60,000 nucleotides of DNA from Lama glama (Eukaryota): NCBI GenBank assembly GCA_028534125.1, contig CM052816.1, positions 97,466,001-97,526,000 of the forward strand, in the 5' to 3' direction. The translations under genes were made by a program, and so were the position numbers. Positions 49,954 to 60,000 of this stretch are shown here, in pieces (position 1 is the first letter of the stretch; every line of letters starts with the position of its first letter). Under the pieces are notes generated by a model. It was not told the origin of the DNA, did not search any database, and saw only the letters and a list, made by a program, of their open reading frames with translations.

Positions 49954-51786
49954 CGGGGAAGCCGTTGAAGCCCTGAACAAGTTATAGCCTTAGTCTCTGC
50001 TCACTTTTTTTTAGAATTAAAAATACAAAATCTTGTAACACACAGGAAGCCATCATTTACAACACCATAAACTCATTTTTATATTTGATAAATAAAAATT
50101 TGGAACAATATCCAAGATGTATATAAAGAAAATTACAAAATACTAAAAAAGGTCTTTTAATTTTTGATCTTAAAACTGAAATTGGCTGCTGACTCTCCTC
50201 ATTCTTGTCTCCTCTGACTGCTCTGTGAGTGAATGCCCAACAGTTGTAGTGTAAGATGGTTTCATTTCATTTAATTAACAGAGCTGGGTCTTTAGGGAAT
50301 CTTCCCATTAAATCTGAGCAGTTCTCTAAGTGGAGAAGTCGTTTCCAGAGAGGAGCCAACACAACCACACACTGACACTGTTATAGAAATAATTCCATGT
50401 TGAGGAGAGAACCCCCAGGGTAACGTTAGAGAAGTTTTAATCGTAGCTTCTAATTATGAGTCATAAGTCACTTCCACAATTCCTTGTGTCTCAGATATAA
50501 TAAAAGGCATAATTAACAGTCAGTGATAATTCGCAGGCTGGTAGAGTTATACAGACAAGAAATCTGAATCTTGTACCCCAATAGAGGAAAATACTTTGTG
50601 GAACATCCTTCTACCTGGCTTGCTATGAACGATCATTTACCAAAGAGCAGGTCCTTCCAAAAGCACTCGGGCTGTTACCCACCAACTGCTGAGAGGTTAT
50701 TAAGGCTCATGGACGATGCGCTCAGAAACCTCACTCTTAGGAACAGAAATGACTGCTGGTTAAGGACCGTACCCAGGTTGCAAGGGTTGCAAACCGCCGT
50801 GGGCACCCCACCCCCACCCCCGGGCTTGTGTAAGTCTGAAGCAAGTACTGCCAAATTTGTAATGTCTACACTCCGGTCAATGATTTTTATTCTCCTCTTC
50901 TTTACGTTGATTATTTTCCAGATTCTGTGTGATGGGGGACTATTCCTTCTATAACCAGAAAACAGTGTTCTGTATGAGGACTCCTGAGGCATTCAACCTT
51001 TCCCATATCCTTCAAGCTGCAATTCCAGCCAAATTCCCTCCTCTGGGATTTTTGGACCAACTGTCCCTGCAGTCCCTGGGCCCTAGGCGGTCAGCCTCAC
51101 GCCTGTCTCCCTGTCTCTGCGTTTGGCCTCCTTCACGCCCCGCCCGCCACCATCACTGGCAGAGCCACCTATTAAAATGTGTCACCTTACCGTAGCTGTA
51201 AGCCGATAAAACCCTTCCTCCCCTGACGTCACTTGGCATAATATACTGTTACAAAGTCAGTATTTCAATGAAGTAAAACACTCGGTAAACCGAGATTGTG
51301 ACTTTGTCGTCTGAGTCCTGCTTCTGTTGGTGGAAACGGGGGGTGTGTCATGCAGAAGGGAGAAGGAAGCCACACGTGTGCCATACTCAGAAAACAGGGA
51401 ACAGCTGTGATGGCGACATGGGAGACGCCTGCCCTCCGGCCTCGCACTTACAGTGTAAGGCGGGGTGTTCCTTCTTTTCATTTGCTCCTGGTCTTGCCTG
51501 TGCTTCTGTTTGCGGGTGGCCACTTTACCTGAGGTGCCCCGCAGAGCACCTGCGATGGGATACTTCTGCAGCCTCTCTCTGCCCGGTGTGATACTCAGCA
51601 GGGCCAGTCCCCCTCCTGCTGCCTTGCCTGAGCCAGGGAGCCTGGCCCAGCCCTACCTTCTGCAGCCTGTGGGCTTCAGCCCCATGGCCCCCTCGCAGCT
51701 TTGATCTTCTCGCCCAGTTCTCAGAGGGGGGCATTGCTTCTGATCTGCTGGTTCTTAAATTCCTTCCCATGAACTCTGGAGATGCA

Positions 51787-51963
51787 TTTTTTTTTTAAAT
51801 TGAAGTATAGTCCATTTACAATGTTGTGTCAATTTCTGGTAGACAGTGTAGCGACTCAGTTGAGATAAATATGTGTATATATTCCTTTTCACATTCTTTT
51901 TCATCATAAGCCATTACAAGGTATTGAATACAGATCCTCGTGAAATACAGCAGGACCTTGTTT
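51787..51963 (-). mobile_element. short L1 3' end
   Basis: Poly-T followed by AATTGAAGTATAGT..TTTACAATGTTGTG...ATTACAAGGTATTGAATA. Confidence 0.85.
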
Positions 51964-52369
51964 ACCCAGGTTCGTGAAGATTTGCCCGGTAGCCCCCCTC
52001 ATACAAGACCTTCTGTCCGAGTCAGCAGGTCTCCGTGCGGGCTGTCCACCTGTGGATGTGCCTGTGGGAGAGGCTGAGCTCTGCGTCCTCCTCCTCCGCC
52101 ATCGTGAAGCCTCTCTCCGGAAATGCATCTTACCTCTCATTTCCTTTCCTTGCTGAGGGAAGACCTAACAACGCCAGCCCCTATGTGCGCAGCTCTCACT
52201 CATTCCTTTACAAAGACCTCTACATGCCAGAGATTTCTGCCTGCCTGTCTCTGGTGAAGACCAATTTCTGCGCTCCGGACTCACGTCTTAGTGTCCAGCC
52301 TCTCCGCCTCCGTGATCCACACTGATCTCAAAGTTATCATTTCCTAAAACAAACTCAGATGTCCTGGTC

Positions 52370-52500
52370 CTGCTGCTTATTGGCTGTGATCTCAGGCAAA
52401 TTGCTTATCTGCCTAATGCGTCAGTTTCTCTTTTGTAAAATGGAGGTTGCAGTGAGGTTGTAGGAAGACACCACATGCTGAGTGCTTAGGAAAGTCCTGA
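52370..52500 (+). mobile_element. MIR SINE
   Basis: GGCTGTGATCTCAGGCAAATTGCTTA..TCAGTTTCTC.TTTGTAAAATGG. Confidence 0.7.
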
Positions 52501-53211
52501 CGGCCGGTCCTAACTGACACGCTGGCGATTCCCAGTGCTGTCATCTCTTCTCCTGCCTCACGCTGCTCCTTTTCCAGCCTTTTCCTCCTCAGCAAATGGC
52601 ACCCCCAGCTGCTCAGGCGGCAGGCCCCAAACCAGCCCTAGCCTCTCATGTGCATTACCGAGATATGCCCATTGTCCAAAATGTGCTTTCAATATACCAA
52701 GATGCCTCCTTTCCAACGGTCTCTGCCATATTGCCTGGATTGCTAGGCACATCCTGGGTTCTTCTTTCCATTCTCACTCTCCCCCACCCCACTGCCAGTT
52801 AATATTTAAAAATGTGCACTTGGTCTCACCATCCCAGCCTCGAAGCGTCCGCAGCCTCATGTGACTCGGAGGAGCGCCCTCATGTGGCTGCCTTCCATGG
52901 CTTCTGGCTCTTTCTCTAATCACGCTCATCCCAGTAACTGTTCTCTGTGTCACTCACTAAGCAGCATGATCCAGTGAGGCCGAACAGGGTGCGCCCTCCC
53001 CATCCTATTCCCAGTGAGTGGCATGTAGTGGGTACTCAAGAAACCTGTGCTCAAGTAAATACAGAAAACTTTTGCTCTCAAATTAATTTTGAACATCACC
53101 TTTCTTTGGAGGTTGTATCTCAAAGCTGATGAATCCAGTGGCCTCTTCATGGCTTGAATTTCCTGGCTCTTGATTTTCTGATGACTTTATCTCACTGGAG
53201 TCATTATTTAA

Positions 53212-53214
<3 letters not shown>

Positions 53215-53280
<66 letters not shown>
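53215..53280. repeat. (TG)33 microsatellite
   Basis: Directly visible, perfect repeat. Confidence 0.98.
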
Positions 53281-53282
<2 letters not shown>

Positions 53283-53820
53283 TATAACCACATCTTCTTT
53301 ATCCAGTCATTTATCAATGGACATTTGGGTTGTTTCCATGTCTTGGCTACTGTAAATAGTGCTGCTGTGAACATCGGGGTACACAATGAAATGTTACTCA
53401 GCCATTAAAAAGAATGAAATAATGCCATTTGCAGCAACATGGATGGACCTAGAGATTATACCTTTAACTGAAGTAAGTCAGACAGAGAAAGACAAATATC
53501 ATATAATATCACTTGTATGTGGAATCTAAAAAAATGACACAAAATTCTATTTACAACCCAAAACAGACTCACAGGCATAGAAGACAAATTATGGTTACCA
53601 AAGGGAAAAGGGCAGGTGAAGGACAAATTAGGAGTTTGGGATTAACAGACACACGTTACTATATATTAAAGAGATAAACAACAAGGACCTATTGTATAGC
53701 CCTGGGAACTATATTCAGTTTCTTGTAATAACATATAATGGAAAAGAATCTGAAAAAAAATTATATGTATGTATAGGTATAATACCCCAAATTAACATGT
53801 AAATCAGCTACACTTCAATA
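53215..53820 (+). mobile_element. L1 3' end with 5' inversion (twin priming)
   Basis: 53215-53382 is antisense L1 (ACCACATCTTCTTTATCC..CATGTCTTGGCTA..GAACATCGGGGT). Sense L1 resumes at about 53383 (ACAATGAAATGTTACTCAGCC) and runs to CACTTCAATA. Confidence 0.88.
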
Positions 53821-54239
53821 ATTTGTGCCCACTTGAATTGTAACAAATGTGCCCAAGCAAACCAAGGGAAGAAGAACAGCCTTTTCGCACTCCCCCTCTG
53901 TCTCCTGGAAACCCGCCTGCCTCTGCTCCCCTGATCGCTCTTCCTTCTCTGCTGACTCTCAGGCAGGTGTGGCCTCAAGCTTTCTAGGCTTTGCCTTAGG
54001 CACCTGCTCCTTCCTGCTGGGGCTCTCTTACGGTGTCAACAACCTTCCTCCTGCCTCCAAGTCCTTCTTCAGCTTACACAGGTACAAATCTCACATGAAA
54101 AGAGAGACCCCAACCCTCACCCCCATCTGCATTCTGCCTTCTGCCCTTGCAGAAGAGCCCGGGCAGTGCCACCTCTTCCTTATAAATTCTGATCCCATGG
54201 TAATCCTACTAGACATTTGCCCTTGCTTTTGTCCCTTTT

Positions 54240-54670
54240 CTCCATGCACACGTCCAGTTTTTCCAGCACCGTTTGTTCAAGAGAGATTAATTTTTTTCAT
54301 TAAGTTGCTTTGACCTCTTTCTGAGAAATCAATTAACTATATACATGAGTCTATCTCTGGTATTTCGGGTTCATTGATTTTTTTTTTTAATGCTGACATC
54401 ACTCTCTTGGTTACTATATCATTTCAGTAACTTTTAAAGTCACCTATTTTTTATATATTCCACTTTTGGTCTTCTACAAGACTGTTTAGCTGTTCTAAGT
54501 TGTGTTTCCATGACTCTAGAGTCAGCTGGTCATTTTCCAAAGAAAATCCTCTGGCAATTATGATTACAATTGTCTTGAACCTGTAATCAATGTGGGGAGA
54601 ATTGGCATTTTTTATAATACTGAGTTTTCTGACCTGCTAGCAGGGTGTGTCTATTTATTTGCATCTTTGT
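54240..54670 (-). mobile_element. old L1M ORF2 fragment
   Basis: TCCAGTTTTTCCAGCACC.TTTGTT, AAATCAATTAACTATATA and GGGGAGAATTGGCAT.TTT. Confidence 0.7.
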
Positions 54671-54766
54671 TCTTCAAAACTAGGGATGCTGGCAGTCACT
54701 CATGGCTACCAGACTCTGGGGTCCTCATTGTCCTCTTCGGTTATTTACTTTTTCCAATCATCATTT

Positions 54767-55650
54767 TGTTGAAACTCAGTCTCTGTGTCCTGATTACTGA
54801 ATTGAGACTTGAGGACAGAGTTTCTGATGAAGTAGAAAAGGCAGCTTCATTTCTTTGCCAGGCAGAGAAGGTCACAGTGGGCTAATGCCTCCAAGACTGT
54901 GAGCCTGCTAGGGAGAGAAGGTGGGAGGTTTTATAGTAAAAGTTCAAGAGTTCAAGGGGCAGAGCTAGTTTCCATAGAGATCATGTACAGGATTACAGAT
55001 TGTTGAAGTTGTTCTCATTTTTGCAGACGCAACAGTCCCCTTCCTTCTGCTGGGTGTGATGTTTGCTTCTGGCTTTGGGAATCTCCTAATATCCCTGTGC
55101 CTAGAACAAAGGGTGCCTAGGAAGGGGGTCTGTGGAGAAGTACTCTAGAGAAAAACTTGTACAGTTTAAAGTCAAGTTGATAAATTCTTCTAGCATCTTC
55201 GGCAGGTTGAGACCTGGGACCTCTTGCTGCAGTGTTTGCACAGGCTGGGACCTGCACCTCAAACAACAGAGTACAAAGGAACCACAAGGGACTGAAACTA
55301 ACTGCAGACATGCCTAGTTGGGGTGAGTTAGAACAACAAGATTCATAAAACATCCAACTGCTGTTTCTGAGGTGGCAGGGGCAAAAGGCAGGGCCCTGGG
55401 CATGGTCTCCAAGCAGAGCATCACCAGGGGTTGGGTGGTCCATCTAAGCCTCCTCACTTCAGACCAACTCTGGTTGGCAATGGCATGAGAAAAGCCACTA
55501 AACTGTTATACAATTAAGCAGTTACAAATACCATATGGTCACTGAGGACAGTATTCCCCATTGTTAATTTATTCCTTCCATTTGTTGGTGGTTTGAATAT
55601 GGAGGAGGGGTCTGTCCCGGGAAGTCCCCATAGGGTCTTGCTCGGTTACA
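54767..55650 (-). mobile_element. ERV1-class solo LTR (884 bp), cetartiodactyl family
   Basis: Reverse complement starts TGTAACCGAGCAAGACC and ends ..TTCAACA. Perfect 4-bp TSD ATTT at 54763-54766 and 55651-55654. Confidence 0.9.
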
Positions 55651-56519
55651 ATTTGTATAACCAAATACCTATATTATGACATGTTTGAAAGAACTATTTC
55701 CTAGCTGGATTCTGAATGGCCCACCCTGGAATTTCTTTTTCCTCTCCCTACAAATATGTAGCCAGACACTTACAGATATGAACGTCCAGTGAACCTCTCT
55801 GCTTAAATGCCCAGCAGATAATGGTGAATGAATGCCTAGGTGCTGACTTCAGTCTTGCCCAGTCCTCTTTGTTGAATGAAAATGTTAGAAGAAAATGGAG
55901 AAATCGTGTAAACATACAGGAGATTGGAAACAAGTACAAACAAACAAAAAAGCATGTGAGCTGTCTTAAGAGGGAATCATGAAATGGTCTTGTAAAAAGG
56001 AGAATGCTAGATGTGGGCTGTGGCTGCGACGTTATCAGCACAGTTGCAAAGCCGCCTGCAGTCTAGCAAGTGGGTGAAATCTCATTATCCCCTGTGCCCG
56101 CAGGGCAGCACTTAGAGAAAGACTGCCTTCCCAGTACCTGCACTCCAGTTTGATTTCCTACACTCACAAGTCGGTTTTAAAAGAAAATTTCCATTTTCGT
56201 CTTTTTCTTTTGGGAGACGATCTTGATATTGAAAATATAGGACTGTCAGAATTTGATAAGATGCCAGTTTCGCTAGAGTCATTCTTCCTCTTGAAATAGC
56301 AGATGGAGCTTCTGTGTCCAGCACGAATCAAAAGTCATTAAGGAACGTACGGATGTCGCTGTGCTCATTTGCCAGCCATTGAATAAGGCATGTGCCGCTG
56401 TGAGTTTTGAGAATTCACAGGCATTTTAAAACCCTAATTAAAATAAAAGCCACTATTAGGGAACACTCAGACATCTAATTTTTAAGTTTCCTTTTTTCCT
56501 GAGTACAGGAGTGAAACAT

Positions 56520-57050
56520 GTTTAATTTGCAAAGTTCAGAATAATACAGAAAATTTAAGGGTGAAATGAAAAGTACAAGTAGTCTCATTACCCAGAAGAA
56601 ATTAGCACTAACATTTTGGCACTTTTCTAACCAATAATTTCTAAAAACACTTTCAAAAAGTGGATGCATATCACATTTTGAATCTTCTCCTTTACTGTTT
56701 AACACCATAGCAGTTCCCTTGTCTAGACTCCAAGTATCCACATATGGTTTTTGAATTTTCACATGCTTTATTTTATGCTATATGCTATTGTTGAACCAGT
56801 GGTTTGTAATATTTAACTTTATATGCGACATTTCTAAGGCCACCTTTACCAAGAGTTGATAGCAATTTTACATACACTATCTTCAAGAATTACAATTACT
56901 GGTTCAAAGAAAGACATTTTAGAGTTTCTTGCCACATATTTCCAAGTAATTTTACAAAAAGTAAGTAACCAATCCCACTGCCAAATCGTGTACATCTCAC
57001 TATAACTCCACCAGCACTGAGCATTATTAGCTCTAATCTGTGTTAGATGT
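56520..57050 (-). mobile_element. very old L1ME-like 3' end
   Basis: CAAAGTTCAGAATAATACAGAAA, AATTACTGGTTCAAAG and CTCCACCAGCACTGAGCATTATT. Confidence 0.55.
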
Positions 57051-57059
57051 TACCTAGTT

Positions 57060-57882
57060 TTTATTTTATTTTATTCTTGCAAAAGCTTCAGCTTTATTGA
57101 GGTATAACTGATGAGTGAAATTGTCAGATATTTTAAAGTGTCCATTGTGATCACTTATAGATTTTTTGAAAGGATCCCTCTCATCTAGTTAAATGACACA
57201 TTCATCACCTCACACCTTCATCCTTTGTATGTGTGTGTGAGAGAGATTTAAAATTTACTCTCTTAGCAAATTTCAATTACACAATACAGTGTTAACAATT
57301 ATGGTGGTCATGTTTTCTATTAGAGCCTTAAGCTTTATTCATCTGAAAGTTTTTACCCTTTTACGAACAACCTCTCTCTACTTCCTTCACCCGCAGCCCC
57401 TGGCAGCCAATTTCCTACTCTCTGTTTCTGTGAGTCTGATTTTTTTTAACATTTTTTATTGATTTATAATAATTTTACAATGTTGTGTCAAATTCCAGTG
57501 TAGAGCACAATTTCTCAGGTATACATGGACATAGATACATTCATTCTGATTTTTTTTTTAAATTTCAGATTCTACATAGAAGTGATACCAAGCAGTATTT
57601 GTCTTTGTCTGGCTTATTTCACTTAACATCACGTCCTCCTGGTGCATCCATGTTGTCATGAGTGGCAGGATTTTCTTCCTTCTCGTGGCCGATAATATTC
57701 CGTTATATCATGTACATCCTCCATCTTTACTCAGCCACTGACGGACCCTTAGGGAGTTGCTGTGTCTTGGATGGTGGATGATGCTGCAGTGAACACAGGG
57801 CTGTGGGCATCTCTTTTGACGTTCTGTTTGCACTCCCTTTTGAACGTACACCCAGAAGTGGGATTGCTGGGTCACATGGCAG
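57060..57882 (-). mobile_element. L1MA9-like 3' end with nested young L1
   Basis: GCTTTATTGAGGTATAACTGA, TACTCTCTTAGCAAATTTCAA, CTGGCTTATTTCACTTAACAT and GAAGTGGGATTGCTGGGTCACATGG. Confidence 0.88.
57448..57544 (-). mobile_element. 97-bp young L1 3' tip (same subfamily as 82-722)
   Basis: Reverse complement matches about 620-720 (GAATTTGACACAACATTGTAAAAT..ATAAATCAATAAAAA.TGTT). TSD TCTGATTTTTTTT at 57435-57447 and 57545-57557. Confidence 0.9.
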
Positions 57883-60000
57883 GCCACGCAGGTGTCTTGA
57901 ATTGCTATGTCTCTGTTCAATACTGTGGAAAAACATTTTAAACTTTCTTTAGAAATTACATTTTCATTGCTCTGTTGTCCTTTTATATTACTTGCTTCTC
58001 CCACTCCTCAAAAGGGTCCTGGATGAATTTCTCATTGTAATCTTTAATTATTTAGCATATTGATCCTTTGTCATATTTTTCCAAATATTTTCACAATGTT
58101 TTGATATAATTTAGGTTATTTTTTAATTGATGTTTTACATTTTTATGAAGGTAAAATAACAGTTTCTTTTGTCACTCTGTCTTCTAAAAACAAAGCTGAC
58201 ATGTTCTGAAGTACTAATTTCTCATGAAAATATTTTACCTTGATATTATAATATTTTTTAATTTTACTGTATAGGATTTTTGGAATTCTCTGAAAACTAT
58301 CTCTTCTTTTAATCCTAGAGTTTTGACATAAAAATGAGGCCATATTCTTACAAAATATCCAAGCAATTGTTGTTTTCTTTTGTTTTCTTTATTTTCCTGC
58401 AACCTCTGTGGCCCTGAATTCCCGGTGTGCTGGCACATGAACTGTTATGTCATGTTGTCCAGGCTGAGGTTTAAAACTGTGTGGAACTGCAAGAATATTA
58501 CGATTATGGATCTATTTTAAAGTAAAATTTGTAAGATACACATATGTCTTAAAAATACTTTCCTAAAATACAAAAAAATTTCTTTTATTTAAGAAACAGT
58601 GCATCTCATCTGAGTTGACTCTGTTCCAATAGAATCAAGGTTCCCAGCAGCTTTTTTGTATGTTTGTTTGTTTGTTTGTTTTGATTTTTTGTTTTTAATC
58701 TGGGACTTCTCTGAGAAGTTGACAGGAGGTACAGACCCCATTCCAGAGTGATTCACTCACACTGAATTTTGTAAATAATTTTACAGGTTTTACAGAGACC
58801 TACCTAGGAACCTCTACTTATTCTTTCAACTCATCACAGAATTAAATTATAATTTTAAATAAGTTGAAAAAAATTTTCCCAGTCATATATGATCTACTGA
58901 ATGCATGCAGATGTCTCTGCTTCCTCCTCAAACTCTACTACTGTCAATAAAAGAACACATATTATAGATAACATATAATAAATTAATACATTAGGTACAT
59001 AGAATAAAAAGATACAGTAAACTCATATATAATAAATATAATAGTAATAATATATTTAATAAAATAACACGTATCAACACACAAGGTCAAACACAAAAGA
59101 AGGGAGATAACAGAAGATGCGAGGCCAACCTGCTGCTCACCGTAACTGAGGAATAGCTCTGCAGTTCGGACCCAGAGCACTGACTTTCGTGATGTTTCAA
59201 ATAAAAATGCCACACTTAAGCCTGTTACCGGGCCCCCATCAGGTGCTCTATAGATGCATCCCTCGTAGAGAAGCTTTCCTTGGCCTTCTTGTTGAGGTTC
59301 TCCACTCAGACGCTGGGACCCTGCGAACCCTCCCTGGAAGCATTCTGACACGGGCGGCCTTTGGATGTGCCGGTCCCTCCGTTGTCCCCGCCTAGTTCGC
59401 AGCCCACCCCACTGATGCTCCACCCCCAGGGCCCTGCCTCCCGGTGTCTCATTCTTCGCTGCCCCCCCTCATCTGTGCATGCTGTTCCTGCTTCTCCCGA
59501 TGCCTGGAGGCCTGACTGGAACTGGTCTCCTGCCCGGCCAGGCCCCCGGGGCGCCCCAGGGAGGGCCTCTCTCCGGCTCTGAAGTCCAGCTGGGTCAGGC
59601 TCATGCTCCCTGGACCATGCCTCCCAGAGGGCGTGGGAGTGCATGACTGCGACTGTGTGGGTCCCCATTGGTCAGCACCTGCTGAGACCTGCCTGCGGCC
59701 CTGTCTTAGCTGCCACCAGCCAGGTGCAAAGTCTGATTCTTCCTCCAACGTACAAGGATGGCTCATAAATGAAGGGCAACCAAATGAGTCTGTGAATGAA
59801 GGCTGCTGACAGATCTGAGATGAGTGGGAACAGCCTGAGCCTTGGGACCTTTCATATTGTCCCCGTGCACAAGGCGTCACCATAAGGAAAAAGTCGTGGT
59901 GTGCTCGTCTGCAGCTCCCGGCTCTGCCGTGCAGGCAGCCCTCCCTGATGGGTACCCACCCCACTGAGAGGTGTGACAGTTAGTGTCCTGGTGACCCTGG

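Noticed and set aside
1..60000. CRISPR arrays, prokaryotic operons or defence systems
   Set aside because: The sequence is mammalian; there is no repeat-spacer array or gene-dense organisation.

Overview
Mammalian nuclear DNA, most likely from a camelid (alpaca, llama or camel). This is inferred from the short tRNA-derived SINEs (GGGGATTGAACCCAGGACC..TGCATGCTAAGCAC) and the cetartiodactyl-type L1 3' ends. The window is non-coding or intronic and rich in repeats: L1s of several ages, L2, MIR, MaLR/ERVL/ERV1 solo LTRs, hAT MITEs (MER20, MER63, MER33), a possible Tigger remnant and microsatellites. It also holds a 500-N scaffold gap and one small CpG island with promoter-like motifs at about 24.6-24.9 kb. 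I recognise no host protein-coding exon, RNA gene or CRISPR array. The only ORFs with recognisable homology are decayed L1 ORF1/ORF2 pieces. I found no convincing new biological system. The best leads are an orphan retroposed polyadenylated insert with a 17-bp TSD (25.36-25.80 kb), a 5'-truncation point shared by three independent L1 insertions, a twin-primed L1 inversion, and candidate non-coding exons. Repeat family names are by-eye recognition, and boundaries of old repeats are approximate.
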